Assembly: GCA_964347475.1 (NCBI GenBank)
Contig: CAYFYY010000004.1
Coordinates: forward strand, 15,997-79,996
From: an uncultured Flavobacteriales bacterium
GTDB taxonomy: Bacteria; Pseudomonadota; Alphaproteobacteria; UBA8366; JADFVY01
Direction of reading: 5' to 3'
DNA: 64,000 nt
Shown here: one piece after another, positions 34,990 through 45,450 of the stretch
How positions within the stretch are numbered: position 1 is the stretch's first letter
Layout of the letters: the number at the start of each line of letters is the position of its first letter
Translations under genes and position numbers: made by a program
Notes under the pieces: generated by a model
Database searches by the model: none
Told to the model about the DNA's origin: nothing
What the model saw: the letters and a program-made list of their open reading frames with translations, nothing else

Positions 34990-37920
34990 ATGACCACGAT
35001 GCAACGCAGCGACGCAAGTCCGGTCGCAGACGAAACTGGCAGTCCCCTGGCGCGGCGGCTGCGTCGCGAAACGCGCGCGGAGGTTCTGTTCGATTCGTTC
35101 AGCCGCGGCCGGTACAGCACGGATGCCTCGATCTACCAGATCATGCCGGTTGGCGTAGCGGTCCCGCGGTCTGCGGATGATATCCGCACGGCAATCGCGA
35201 TCGCCCGCGAAGAGGGCGTGCCGGTCCTGCCTCGAGGCGCCGGAACGTCGCAGTGTGGCCAGACGGTGGGCGCCGCCCTGGTGATCGATACCAGCAAGCA
35301 TTTGCGCGACATCGTGTCGCTGGACGTGGCGCGACGGCGGGTGCGGGTGCGGCCGGGCATTGTACTGGACCAGCTCAATGCGTTCCTGCGCCCGCACGGC
35401 CTTTTCTTCCCGGTCGACGTGTCGCCGGCCAACCGTGCCACCATCGGCGGCATGGTCGGCAACAACAGCTGCGGTTCGCGGTCGATTCGCTTTGGCAATA
35501 TGGTCCATAACGTGCGCTCCATCGACGCGATCCTGGCCGACGGGACGGAAGCGAATTTCGGTGACGTGCCCGGCAATCTGGCGGGGCTGGACGCGCCGGA
35601 TCGTTACATCGAGCTGATCCAGAGCATGCGGGCCTTGAGCCTTCGCAACGCGGGCGAGATCGACGCCCGGATACCCAAGCTGCTGCGCAAAGTGGGCGGA
35701 TACAACATCGAGACGGTCGATGCCGCGGGCCACAATATGGCGGACCTTCTGGTCGGCTCGGAAGGCACCCTCGCCTTCTTCCACGAGATCGAGCTCGATC
35801 TGCAGCCGATACCGTCGCACAAGACGCTCGGTATTTGCCATTTTCCGACGTTTCGCGGCGCGATGGAGGCAACGCAGCACATCGTGACGCTGAATCCGTC
35901 GGCGGTCGAGCTGGTGGACCGCACGATGGTCGACCTTGCGCGCGCTATCCCGATGTTCCGCCCGGTCGTCGACCAGTTCGTGCGCGGCGAGCCGGAATCG
36001 CTGCTGCTGGTGGAATTCGCCGGCGACTCGGCGGACCTGCAGCTGCGCGATCTGAAAAGACTGGTCACGCTGATGGGCGACCTGGGCTATCCGGACGCGG
36101 TCGTGGAGGCAACTGAGCCCGATTTCCAACGTCAGGTGTGGGACGTGCGCAAGGCCGGCCTCAACATCATGATGTCGATGAAGGGCGAGGGCAAACCGGT
36201 CTCCTTCATCGAGGACTGCGCCGTGTCGCTGGAGCACCTCGCCGACTACACCGAGAGGCTCAACGGGATCTTCGCGAAACATGGCACCAGCGGCACCTGG
36301 TATGCGCATGCCTCCGTTGGTACGCTCCACGTCCGACCGGTCCTGAACATGAAGGACGGTACGGACGTCCGCAAGATGCGCGAGATCGCCGAAGAGGCCT
36401 TCGCCATGATCCGCGAGTACAAGGGCTCATTCTCCGGCGAACATGGCGACGGGCTGGTCCGGTCGGAGTTCCTGGAAACCATGTACGGATCGAAGATCGC
36501 CCGCGCATTCGAATCGGTCAAGGATCGCTTCGATCCGGGCGGGCTGTTCAATCCGGGCAAGATCGTACGGCCGTCGAAAATGGACGACCGGTCGCTGTTC
36601 CGATATCCGCCGGATTACGCGTCGCTGCCCGTCGAAACGGCGCTCGACTGGTCGGAGTGGGGCGGCTTTCCGGCCGCCATAGAGATGTGCAACAACAACG
36701 GGACATGTCGCAAGGCAGGTCCGGGTGTCATGTGCCCTTCCTACCGGGCCACCGGCGACGAGATCCACGTCACCCGGGGCCGCGCCAATGCGCTGCGTCT
36801 CGCGATAACAGGGCAGCTCGGACCGGATGCCCTGACCGGCCCTGATATGAAGGCGGCGATGGACCTTTGCGTCGGCTGCAAGGGCTGCAAACGCGAATGT
36901 CCGACCGGCGTCGACATGGCGCGCATGAAGTACGAGTTCCTGTATCAGTGGCGCAAGACGCATGGTTTGTCCCTGCGGGAGCGGTTGGTCGCGTACATGC
37001 CGCGCTATGCCCCATGGGCGGCGCGGCTGGCGCCGCTGCTGAATCTGCGCAACCGGAGCCGGCTGCTCGCCCGGCTCGGCGAATTCCTGACCGGGTTGAG
37101 CGCTCGCCGCAAACTGCCGGAATGGCGGCGTGATGTGTTCCGGCACGATCATCCATCCGCGGGGCCGGAGGACGGTCCTGACGTCGTGCTGTTCGTCGAT
37201 ACCTTCAACACCTGGTTCGAGCCGGAGAACGCACGCGCCGCATTGCAGGTCCTTGCCGCCGCGGGCTATCGCGTGCATGTCGCAATCGCCGCCGACGGCG
37301 GGCGTCCTTTGTGTTGTGGGCGCACCTTCCTCGCCGCCGGCCTGATCGAGGAGGCGCGCACCGAGGCGCGTCGCATGGTCGCTGCGCTGCGCCCATGGGT
37401 GGACAGGGATGTTCCGGTGATCGGGCTTGAGCCGTCCTGCCTGTACACCCTGCGCGACGAGTTCCTGGCCATGATTCCCGGCGAAGAAAGCCGAAAACTG
37501 GCCGGCAAAGCGATGCTGTTCGAGGAGTTCATCGCTTCGGAGGTCGCGGCCGAACGGTTTGCCCTGCAGTTCGACGGGTGTCGGGTCGGCAAGGCTCTGC
37601 TGCATGGGCACTGCCATCAGAAGGCGATGGGAGCCGTGGGACCGATCGAAAGGACCCTGGCGCTGATTCCCGGGCTCCAAGTCGAGACGATCGAGTCCAC
37701 CTGCTGCGGTATGGCCGGCGCGTTCGGATACGAAGCCGAGCACTACGATGTCTCGATGCGCATCGGTGAATTGGACGTCCTGCCCGCGGTTCGCGAGGCG
37801 GGAGACGACGTTTATATCGTTGCGGACGGAACCAGCTGCCGGCATCAGATTGACGACGGAGTCGGCCGACAGGCCGTTCATGTGGCGCGGGTACTGGCGG
37901 ACGCTCTCGTCAAACACTGA
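34990..37920 (+). CDS. FAD-linked oxidase fused to Fe-S/CCG-domain subunit (GlcD-GlcF fusion, YdiJ-like 2-hydroxyacid dehydrogenase)
   Basis: 976 aa. The N-terminal FAD-binding PCMH domain reads PRGAGTSQCGQ. The middle has two 4Fe-4S-type Cys clusters (CNNNGTCRKAGPGVMCP, CVGCKGCKRECP). The C-terminus has Cys-rich CCG repeats. Confidence 0.88.
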   Translation: MTTMQRSDASPVADETGSPLARRLRRETRAEVLFDSFSRGRYSTDASIYQIMPVGVAVPRSADDIRTAIAIAREEGVPVLPRGAGTSQCGQTVGAALVIDTSKHLRDIVSLDVARRRVRVRPGIVLDQLNAFLRPHGLFFPVDVSPANRATIGGMVGNNSCGSRSIRFGNMVHNVRSIDAILADGTEANFGDVPGNLAGLDAPDRYIELIQSMRALSLRNAGEIDARIPKLLRKVGGYNIETVDAAGHNMADLLVGSEGTLAFFHEIELDLQPIPSHKTLGICHFPTFRGAMEATQHIVTLNPSAVELVDRTMVDLARAIPMFRPVVDQFVRGEPESLLLVEFAGDSADLQLRDLKRLVTLMGDLGYPDAVVEATEPDFQRQVWDVRKAGLNIMMSMKGEGKPVSFIEDCAVSLEHLADYTERLNGIFAKHGTSGTWYAHASVGTLHVRPVLNMKDGTDVRKMREIAEEAFAMIREYKGSFSGEHGDGLVRSEFLETMYGSKIARAFESVKDRFDPGGLFNPGKIVRPSKMDDRSLFRYPPDYASLPVETALDWSEWGGFPAAIEMCNNNGTCRKAGPGVMCPSYRATGDEIHVTRGRANALRLAITGQLGPDALTGPDMKAAMDLCVGCKGCKRECPTGVDMARMKYEFLYQWRKTHGLSLRERLVAYMPRYAPWAARLAPLLNLRNRSRLLARLGEFLTGLSARRKLPEWRRDVFRHDHPSAGPEDGPDVVLFVDTFNTWFEPENARAALQVLAAAGYRVHVAIAADGGRPLCCGRTFLAAGLIEEARTEARRMVAALRPWVDRDVPVIGLEPSCLYTLRDEFLAMIPGEESRKLAGKAMLFEEFIASEVAAERFALQFDGCRVGKALLHGHCHQKAMGAVGPIERTLALIPGLQVETIESTCCGMAGAFGYEAEHYDVSMRIGELDVLPAVREAGDDVYIVADGTSCRHQIDDGVGRQAVHVARVLADALVKH

Positions 37921-37942
37921 AGAATAACAGGGAGGAAAGATC

Positions 37943-38668
37943 ATGAGCGAACGTGGCCCTGGCCCAGCGACATCCGGATACGCGGAACAACGGCCCCGGT
38001 CGCGCCGGCCCCTGCACGAGGCGGCTGCGGACCGGTTGCGCGACATGATCGTCGAAGGCGAGCTTGCGCCGGGCGAGCGGGTTCGCGAACAGGCATTGTG
38101 CGACAGGCTTGGTGTGTCGCGCACCCCGCTGCGCGAGGCGATGAAGATGCTGGCTGCGGAAGGGCTGGTAACGCTGCAACCGAACCGGGGTGCGATGGTT
38201 TCGGACCCCACCCCCACGGACATCGCCGATACGTTCAAGGTGATCGGCGCGCTCGAGGCGCTGGCCGGCGAACTTGCCTGTGAACGCGTGAAGGAGAACG
38301 ATGTCGCCGAAATCCGGGTGTTGCACTACCAGATGGCGCTGCACCAGACGCGGGGGGAACTGCGCGAGTATTTCCGGCTCAACCAGCGCATCCACGAGAG
38401 GCTGGTCGAACTGTCGGGCAACCGCGTCCTGATCGAGGAGCACCGGCAGTTGGGCGGCCGAATCCGGCGCCAGCGGTTCGTCGCCAACAGGTCGGGCACA
38501 CGCTGGGAGCAGGCGATGCGCGAGCACGAGGAGATGCTCGACGCGCTGGCGGCGCGGGACGGCCGGCGTCTGGCCGATATTCTGCGGCTGCATCTCGACA
38601 ACAAGCTGACCGCCGCCGAACGGTTCGAGCGCGATGCGGACAAGCCGCTCGAGGTCGTGGCGGACTGA
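37943..38668 (+). CDS. GntR family transcriptional regulator (FCD/FadR-type C-terminal domain)
   Basis: It has a winged-HTH (LCDRLGVSRTPLREAMKMLAAEGLV) and a helical FCD-like C-terminal domain. It lies 22 nt downstream of the oxidase gene. Confidence 0.9.
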   Translation: MSERGPGPATSGYAEQRPRSRRPLHEAAADRLRDMIVEGELAPGERVREQALCDRLGVSRTPLREAMKMLAAEGLVTLQPNRGAMVSDPTPTDIADTFKVIGALEALAGELACERVKENDVAEIRVLHYQMALHQTRGELREYFRLNQRIHERLVELSGNRVLIEEHRQLGGRIRRQRFVANRSGTRWEQAMREHEEMLDALAARDGRRLADILRLHLDNKLTAAERFERDADKPLEVVAD

Positions 38669-38764
38669 GCGGCGTGCGACCGCCCCCGCGTTGATTCGGC
38701 GGTCGGATTAACGAATTCCCAACCAGGCTCGGATTGAATTGACGGGAATGTCGAATTCACCCCG

Positions 38765-39298
38765 GTGTTGGCCATGCCGCTTGCACGATCCATCAGACCA
38801 GTTTGTCTCGTCGTCGCATTGCTGACGCCATTGGTGCTGGCCGCCTGCGGTGGCGGCGAAACGGCACGGGGCACAACACCGGCGGCGCATCCGCCGGCAC
38901 AGTCGGCCCCGCCGCCCACCAACGTCCCCTACAAGCTGGGCAAGCCCTATATAGTGAACGGGGTACGCTATGTGCCGCGCGACGACCGATCGTATGACCG
39001 GGTGGGTATCGCCTCGTGGTACGGTAAGCCGTTTCACGGAAAGACGACAGCCAGCGGCCGCAGGTTTGACATGTACGAGATGACGGCGGCGCACACGACG
39101 CTGCCGACGGGCACGCAGGTCATGGTCACGAACCTTGCCAATGGACGGTCTGTGATCGTCACCATCACCGATCGCGGGCCGTTCACGAAAAAGCGGATCA
39201 TCGACCTGTCCTACGCCGCGGCCAACCATCTCGGCTTCATCCGTCAGGGAACGGCGCGAGTCCGCGTCACCTATCACAGGCCGGCCCGGCCGGGTTGA
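38765..39298 (+). CDS. rlpA: septal ring lytic transglycosylase RlpA family lipoprotein
   Basis: It has a lipobox (LAAC) and a DPBB domain (GIASWYGKPFHGKTTASGRRFDMYEMTAAHTTLP...ITDRGPF). Confidence 0.85.
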   Translation: MLAMPLARSIRPVCLVVALLTPLVLAACGGGETARGTTPAAHPPAQSAPPPTNVPYKLGKPYIVNGVRYVPRDDRSYDRVGIASWYGKPFHGKTTASGRRFDMYEMTAAHTTLPTGTQVMVTNLANGRSVIVTITDRGPFTKKRIIDLSYAAANHLGFIRQGTARVRVTYHRPARPG

Positions 39299-39560
39299 GC
39301 CACAGCCGCGCCGGCAAATCGATCTTCCGCGGGCGCCAGCGTTCGACGGTCGTCCGGACCCGCGCAACCCGGTCCGCGGGGCATCGCGTTTCGGCCAAAT
39401 GGGCCGGGCCACGGACGTCTGCGTTGAACGAATTTGCGCAGAAGTGGGATCCCGCCTGCATGTTATCTGTTGATTGTGCCGGCCCGTCCGGTCTTTGATG
39501 GACTCAAACCCCACTTTGGATGCGATGTGGCGGTTGAACCACGATTAGCGGGAGGTACCG

Positions 39561-40805
39561 ATGAAACGATCTGTCCTGACATCCCTGATACTGATCGCCG
39601 GTTTCGGGGCCGGGAACGCACTGGCCCAGCCGGAGGTCGAAGTCCTGCATTGGTGGACGTCTGGCGGCGAGGCCCGTGCCGTGCAGACCCTGATGGAGGA
39701 GTTCCAGCGCAATGGCGGCAAGTGGGTCGACATGCCGGTTGCCGGCGGCGGCGGGGATGCCGCCATGCAAGCGCTCCGTGCCCGCGTGCTGGCCGGGAAT
39801 GCGCCGACCGCAGTCCAGCTGAAGGGCCCGAGCATCCAGGAATGGTACGAGGAGGGCGTGCTCGCCGACCTCTCGGACGTCGGCGCGGCGGAGAAATGGG
39901 ACTCGCTCCTGCCCGGCGCGATCGCAAAGCACATGAAATGCGGTGGGAAGTACTGCGCCGCACCGGTCAATGTGCACCGGGTGAACTGGATCTGGGCGAA
40001 CACGGCAGTGTTGGCCAAAGCCGGCGTGGCCATGCCGACCAGCTGGGATGAATTCAACAAGGCCGCGGTCAAGCTAAAGGCGATGGGCATCACGCCGCTG
40101 GCGCACGGCGGGCAGGCCTGGCAGGACGCCACCGTGTTCGAGAGCGTGCTGCTCGGCATCGGTGGTCCGGAGTTCTATCAGAAGGCGCTGGTTGATCTGG
40201 ATCCGACGGCACTGAACAGTCCGACCATGATCAAAGTCTTCGACCAGATGCGAACGCTGCGTGGGTTCGTCGACGCCAACTTCCCGGGCCGCGATTGGAA
40301 CCTGGCGACAGCGATGGTCATCAACGGCGAGGCGGCGTTCCAGATCATGGGCGACTGGGCCAAGGGCGAGTTCACCGCCGCCGGCAAGACGCCGGGCAAG
40401 GATTACCAGTGCAACCCGACCCCCGGCGCCGGTTTCCTGTACAACGTGGACAGCTTCGCCATGTTCCGGGTCTCCGGAACCGACCGCAATGCGGGACAGA
40501 AGCTGCTGGCACGATTGATCGTCGGCGAGAACTTCCAGAAGACGTTCAACCTCGCGAAGGGCTCGATACCGGCGCGCCTTGGCACATCGCTCGCCGAGTT
40601 CGACTACTGCGCCCGGCGATCGGCCTATGACATGGACGTCGCCGCCAGCAGCGGAACACTGTTGCCGAGCTATGCCCATGGCATGGCGCTGCGCGGCCAG
40701 CAGGCGGGTGCGATCACCGACCTCGTAACGCAGCACTTCAATTCCGACATGGGTTCGGCGCAGGCCGCCAAGATGCTGGCCGAAGCCGTCGCCAACTCGT
40801 TGTAG
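39561..40805 (+). CDS. carbohydrate ABC transporter substrate-binding protein
   Basis: 414 aa with a signal peptide and family-1 SBP sequence (EVLHWWTSGGEA). It is the first gene of a four-gene ABC operon. Confidence 0.9.
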   Translation: MKRSVLTSLILIAGFGAGNALAQPEVEVLHWWTSGGEARAVQTLMEEFQRNGGKWVDMPVAGGGGDAAMQALRARVLAGNAPTAVQLKGPSIQEWYEEGVLADLSDVGAAEKWDSLLPGAIAKHMKCGGKYCAAPVNVHRVNWIWANTAVLAKAGVAMPTSWDEFNKAAVKLKAMGITPLAHGGQAWQDATVFESVLLGIGGPEFYQKALVDLDPTALNSPTMIKVFDQMRTLRGFVDANFPGRDWNLATAMVINGEAAFQIMGDWAKGEFTAAGKTPGKDYQCNPTPGAGFLYNVDSFAMFRVSGTDRNAGQKLLARLIVGENFQKTFNLAKGSIPARLGTSLAEFDYCARRSAYDMDVAASSGTLLPSYAHGMALRGQQAGAITDLVTQHFNSDMGSAQAAKMLAEAVANSL

Positions 40806-40866
40806 ACCGGTCTCCGCTGCCGCCGGCGCCGCGCGTTGCGGCCCGCGGCGGCGGAACAGGTTCGCC

Positions 40867-41739
40867 ATGTCCGGTTGGCTGACCCGCAACGTCCCGAAGA
40901 TCGTCGTCGCGCCGTCGCTGGCGGCGGTCCTGTTCTTCGTCTACGGGTTCATCGCCTGGACTGGCTATGTCTCGCTGACCCGCTCGCGCATCCTGCCGCG
41001 ATACGACCTCGACGGATTCGGCCAATACGCCAAGCTGTTCCGCACGCCGCGCTGGGACGTGGCGATAGAAAACCTTTTCGTGTTCGGCCTCCTGTTCATC
41101 GCCATCTCGATAGCACTGGGTCTGCTGCTGGCGGTGCTGCTCGACCAACGCGTCCGCGCCGAAGGTGCGATCCGCACGGTGTATCTCTACCCGATGGCGT
41201 TGTCGTTCATCGTGACGGGAACCGCATGGAAGTGGATCCTCAACCCGGGCCTCGGCATTGAATCCCTGGTCCGGTCCTGGGGCTGGGACGAGTTCCGCTT
41301 CGGCTGGCTGGTCGATCCCGACATGGCGATCTACACCGTGGTCATCGCCGGCGTTTGGCAGGCGTCGGGCTTCGTGATGGCCCTGTTCCTTGCGGGCCTG
41401 CGCTCGGTCGATCAGGAGATCATCAAGGCTGCCATGGTCGACGGTATCAGCCTGCCCCGCATATACGTCAGCATCATCATTCCGTCGCTGTCGCCTGTGT
41501 TCCTCAGCGCGCTCATCGTGTTGGCCCATCTGGCGATCAAGAGCTTCGACCTGGTCATCGCGCTGACCGGTGGCGGCCCGGGGTTCGCGACCGACCTTCC
41601 GGCCACTTACATGTACGCTATGGCTTTCTCGCGGGGCGACCTGGGCCAGGCGGCCGCCAGTGCGACAGTGATGATGATTACGGTGGCGGCGATCATCGTG
41701 CCCTACCTCTATTCGCAGCTGAGGCCGCGCCATGACTGA
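40867..41739 (+). CDS. carbohydrate ABC transporter permease (MalF/UgpA-like)
   Basis: 290-aa six-TM protein with the EAA-loop region (IIKAAMVDGISLPRIY). Confidence 0.9.
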   Translation: MSGWLTRNVPKIVVAPSLAAVLFFVYGFIAWTGYVSLTRSRILPRYDLDGFGQYAKLFRTPRWDVAIENLFVFGLLFIAISIALGLLLAVLLDQRVRAEGAIRTVYLYPMALSFIVTGTAWKWILNPGLGIESLVRSWGWDEFRFGWLVDPDMAIYTVVIAGVWQASGFVMALFLAGLRSVDQEIIKAAMVDGISLPRIYVSIIIPSLSPVFLSALIVLAHLAIKSFDLVIALTGGGPGFATDLPATYMYAMAFSRGDLGQAAASATVMMITVAAIIVPYLYSQLRPRHD

Positions 41740-42634
41740 TGCGGTGCACGCCGCCGGCGTGGCAGGCGCATCCCGGCGCCGGATCGCGCGTCGGGCGATG
41801 CGCGGGCTGCTCTATCTGCTTCTGGTCCTGTTCGTCGCTTATTACATGCTGCCGCTTTTCGTCATGGCGATCACCTCGCTGAAGAGTCTCGACCAGATTC
41901 GTGCGGGCTCGCTGATGAGCCTGCCGACGAACACCAGCCTCACGCCATGGATCACCGCCTGGGGTTCGGCCTGCGCCGGCATTCTTTGCGAAGGGTTGCA
42001 GCCGTTTTTCTGGAACAGCGTGAAAATGGTCGTCCCGGCGGTGGTCCTGTCGACGTTTCTTGGCGCGGTGAACGGCTATGCGCTCTCACACTGGCGTTTT
42101 CGCGGAGCGAACGTGATTTTCGCACTGATGCTGTTCGGCTGCTTCATCCCGTTCCAGGTGGTGCTACTGCCGATGGCCCGGACGCTGGGACTTCTCGGGC
42201 TGGCCGGCTCGCTCAGCGGGTTGGTCCTGGTGCACGTCGTCTACGGACTCGGCTTTACGACGCTGTTCTTTCGCAATTACTACGTGACCGTCCCCGTCGA
42301 GTTGGTCAAGGCCGCGAAAATCGACGGCGCCGGGTTTTTCACAATCTTCTTCCGGATCTTCCTGCCGCTTTCGCCGCCGATCATCGTGGTGACCGTGATC
42401 TGGCAGTTCACGCAAATCTGGAACGACTTCCTGTTCGGCGTATCGTTCAGCCAGGCCGGCACGCAGCCTGTCACAGTGGCGTTGAACAATATCGTCAACG
42501 CGACCACCGGTGTGAAGGAATACAACGTCGACATGGCTGCGGCGATCATCGCCGGGCTGCCGACCCTGATTGTATATGTGCTGGCGGGTAAGTACTTCAT
42601 CCGCGGCCTCACCGCGGGCTCGGTGAAAGGATGA
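41732..42634 (+). CDS. carbohydrate ABC transporter permease (MalG/UgpE-like)
   Basis: 300 aa with an EAA loop (LVKAAKIDGAGFFTIFFRIFLP). It overlaps both neighbours. Confidence 0.9.
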   Translation: MTDAVHAAGVAGASRRRIARRAMRGLLYLLLVLFVAYYMLPLFVMAITSLKSLDQIRAGSLMSLPTNTSLTPWITAWGSACAGILCEGLQPFFWNSVKMVVPAVVLSTFLGAVNGYALSHWRFRGANVIFALMLFGCFIPFQVVLLPMARTLGLLGLAGSLSGLVLVHVVYGLGFTTLFFRNYYVTVPVELVKAAKIDGAGFFTIFFRIFLPLSPPIIVVTVIWQFTQIWNDFLFGVSFSQAGTQPVTVALNNIVNATTGVKEYNVDMAAAIIAGLPTLIVYVLAGKYFIRGLTAGSVKG

Positions 42635-43758
42635 CACGGATGGTTCTAACCAAAGATCCGGTCCTGAAGATCGAGGGGCTGAGCAAGAGCTTCCAGGATG
42701 TGGATGTCCTCCAGAACATCGACCTTTCGATCGACGAAGGCGCATTCCTGGTCCTTGTGGGGCCGTCGGGCTGCGGCAAGTCGACACTGTTGAACTGCAT
42801 CGCAGGACTGGAGGAACCGAGTGCGGGTCGGATCCTGATCGGTGGCCGCGAGATGACTGGCGTCGCGCCCAAGGATCGTGACATCGCGATGGTATTCCAG
42901 TCGTATGCGCTCTATCCCAGGATGTCGGTCGCCCGAAACATCACCTTCGGTATGCAGGTGCGTGGCGCGTCGCGGGCTGATCAGAAATCGGCGCTTGCCC
43001 GGGTCGCCGGCATGCTCAAGATCGACCATCTCCTCGACCGCCGACCGGCCCAGCTGTCGGGCGGGCAACGGCAGCGGGTTGCCATGGGGCGCGCACTGGT
43101 GCGCGAACCCAAGTTGTTTTTGTTCGACGAGCCGCTCTCAAACCTCGACGCCAAGCTCCGGGTCGAAATGCGGGCCGAGATCAAGCGCCTGCATCAGAGG
43201 CTCGCGGCCACCATCGTCTACGTCACGCACGATCAGACGGAAGCGATGAGCCTGGCGACGGAAGTCGCGGTGATGGAGGATGGCGTCATTGCCCAGCGCG
43301 GCCCGCCGCAGGAGGTCTACGACTACCCGGTCAACACGTTCGTCGCCGGCTTTATCGGGTCGCCGGCAATGAACTTCATCGAGGGAAGCATCCGCGCCGG
43401 CGATGGCGCGGTGGAGATCGAGATCCCGCTTGACGGAACGACAACCGCGCTGCCGGCCGAACACTATCCGTTCGTGGGGGGTGCGACGAATGGAGCCGAG
43501 GTGATCGTCGGTATCCGCCCGGAATATGTCGCCGGATCGGACCGGTCTTCCGACGGGCCCGCCGTCGAATTGGAACTCGTGCCGACACTCGTCGAGACCA
43601 ACGGGTTCGATCAGCATGTAAATCTCGCTCTCGGCCGAGGGGAGATCGGCGGCCGGTTCAGCCCGCGCGAGCGCGTTACGATCGGAACGCCGCTCCGCAC
43701 GCGGATCGATCTGTCGCAGATGTCGGTATTCGATCGCGGGTCCGGAAAGCGCCTGTGA
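42631..43758 (+). CDS. sugar ABC transporter ATP-binding protein (MalK/UgpC type)
   Basis: It has Walker A GPSGCGKST, the signature LSGGQRQRVAMGRAL, Walker B LFLFDEPLS and a C-terminal regulatory (TOBE-like) domain. Confidence 0.93.
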   Translation: MTRMVLTKDPVLKIEGLSKSFQDVDVLQNIDLSIDEGAFLVLVGPSGCGKSTLLNCIAGLEEPSAGRILIGGREMTGVAPKDRDIAMVFQSYALYPRMSVARNITFGMQVRGASRADQKSALARVAGMLKIDHLLDRRPAQLSGGQRQRVAMGRALVREPKLFLFDEPLSNLDAKLRVEMRAEIKRLHQRLAATIVYVTHDQTEAMSLATEVAVMEDGVIAQRGPPQEVYDYPVNTFVAGFIGSPAMNFIEGSIRAGDGAVEIEIPLDGTTTALPAEHYPFVGGATNGAEVIVGIRPEYVAGSDRSSDGPAVELELVPTLVETNGFDQHVNLALGRGEIGGRFSPRERVTIGTPLRTRIDLSQMSVFDRGSGKRL

Positions 43759-43767
43759 CACGGCTGA

Positions 43768-44499
43768 TCAACGCCGACGTTTCAGGGCCTCACGGATCGC
43801 GCTGACCTGATCCGTGACCGAAATCTCGCATTCCGTCGTCACTTCCAGTTCGCGATCCTCGTAGACGTTGTCTCCAGGATGCTCTGCAGCCCAGGCGGCG
43901 ATGGCCTTGTCGCGGCCGCGCACCAGCGCGCGGACTTGGGGCCGGAACAGGATCAGCATATTCGAAAGCCACAAATTGACCGCCCATGACGGACGCACGT
44001 GGTCGATGATGAAATAATTGACCATTCGGCACACGTCCTCTGCGGTGTACCAGACCTCGCCGGTTACCCAGCGGTTGGTCGTGAACAGCTTGATCGGGGT
44101 GCCCTGCTTGTCGCAGGAGATCGCGATCAGATGGCTCAACGCGTCATTTTCCCCTTTCGGCGGTTCGAAATCGGGCAGCGGGGCCGGCTCGATGCCAGAC
44201 GGCATGCCCTTCGGCCGCAGGAAGGTGTGGAAGTGGCCGTGCTCTCCGGGTCGCTGGTCCTTGGGATGGGCGTGATAATAGTACTGGGCGTTGCTCCGCG
44301 GATCGAAGACGTCGCCTTCTGGATAATGATTCCACTCGTAAAAGGTCTCGACATTGTGCAGCAGCTCGCCGACGATGTTGTCGCCGGTATTGCCGAGCAC
44401 GCGGACGGATTCGAGGACTTTCTCGCCTGCAGCCAGCATGCCCACGAGCTCCGGTTCCGGGAGCCCGGCCACATCGACTGCTTCGACTTCATTCGGCAC
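43768..44499 (-). CDS. conserved hypothetical protein (His-rich core HAHPKDQRPGEHGHFHTF)
   Basis: A 243-aa ORF with coding-like composition and no family I can name with confidence. Confidence 0.55.
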   Translation of the reverse strand: MPNEVEAVDVAGLPEPELVGMLAAGEKVLESVRVLGNTGDNIVGELLHNVETFYEWNHYPEGDVFDPRSNAQYYYHAHPKDQRPGEHGHFHTFLRPKGMPSGIEPAPLPDFEPPKGENDALSHLIAISCDKQGTPIKLFTTNRWVTGEVWYTAEDVCRMVNYFIIDHVRPSWAVNLWLSNMLILFRPQVRALVRGRDKAIAAWAAEHPGDNVYEDRELEVTTECEISVTDQVSAIREALKRRR

Positions 44500-44574
44500 G
44501 CCGCATCCCCTCCTGTGTGCAGGTCCGGTTGTATCGGCCGTATAACGGAAATGCCAGTCACCTCTTGTTGATCG

Positions 44575-45450
44575 TCAATCGGCATCGGCGACCCGCACCA
44601 GTCGGAAACCGATCAGAATATGTTTGAGTGTCTGGGGGCGGGAATGGCGCGCCGCAGGGCGGCACACGCCACACCCCTTGTCGTCCCATGAGCCGCCTTT
44701 CACGACGAAGCGGTCTGTGCCTGCTGGCGTTGCGGTCCATTCGAATACCTGCCCCGCTGCGTCCAGCATGCCGAATGGGCTCGCGCCTGAGGCGATGCTG
44801 CCGGCCGGCACGGTATCGAATGGCCCGCCGTCATGACTGTTGAGTCGTTGCGGGTCGAACTTGTCGCCCCACGGGAAGCGGCGGCCGTCGACACCCCGCG
44901 CCGCCTTCTCCCATTCCGCTTCGCTCGGCAGCCGCCAAACGTGGCCGGTCTCGTTGCTGAGCCACTTGGCGAACGCTGCGGCATCGTCGTGACTTACCAG
45001 AACCACGGGATGGTCCGCCCGGCCGGGCGGCGGCGCGTCGTTGCGCCACAGGTAACGCGCGACCCGGTCGTACGGGTGGATCAGGCCGTAGCTGGCCCAT
45101 GTTTCGGGATCGACATACGGGGGTGGCCAGGCGCTCGCCGTCACGAAGCGTGCATACAGCGCGTTGGTCACCGGGCGCTGCATGATGGCGTAACGGCCGG
45201 TCGTGACGGTTTGACGAGGCAATTCGCCGCCGTACCAGCCCTGCTGCCGCGTGACGTCATGGCCGTAGGCAGCTTCGTCCAATTCGTAGGCGGCGGCCCG
45301 TTCCTCCTCGTCCGAGCCCATGACGAACGGTCCCGCTCGAACCTCCACGACCACCGGTTCCAGCGCCCCTGCCAGCGCCGCACCGGCAAGGAGGCACAAC
45401 AGGATCGGCGAAATCAGCAGGTTTGGCGGGAGTCGCATCACCTCTTTCAT
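44575..45450 (-). CDS. formylglycine-generating enzyme (SUMF1/EgtB/PvdO) family protein, secreted
   Basis: It has a signal peptide and FGE-sulfatase-fold motifs (WRLPSEAEWEKAARG, RFPWGD, KGGSWDD). The start is ambiguous among 45480, 45450 and 45438. Confidence 0.8.
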   Translation of the reverse strand: MKEVMRLPPNLLISPILLCLLAGAALAGALEPVVVEVRAGPFVMGSDEEERAAAYELDEAAYGHDVTRQQGWYGGELPRQTVTTGRYAIMQRPVTNALYARFVTASAWPPPYVDPETWASYGLIHPYDRVARYLWRNDAPPPGRADHPVVLVSHDDAAAFAKWLSNETGHVWRLPSEAEWEKAARGVDGRRFPWGDKFDPQRLNSHDGGPFDTVPAGSIASGASPFGMLDAAGQVFEWTATPAGTDRFVVKGGSWDDKGCGVCRPAARHSRPQTLKHILIGFRLVRVADAD

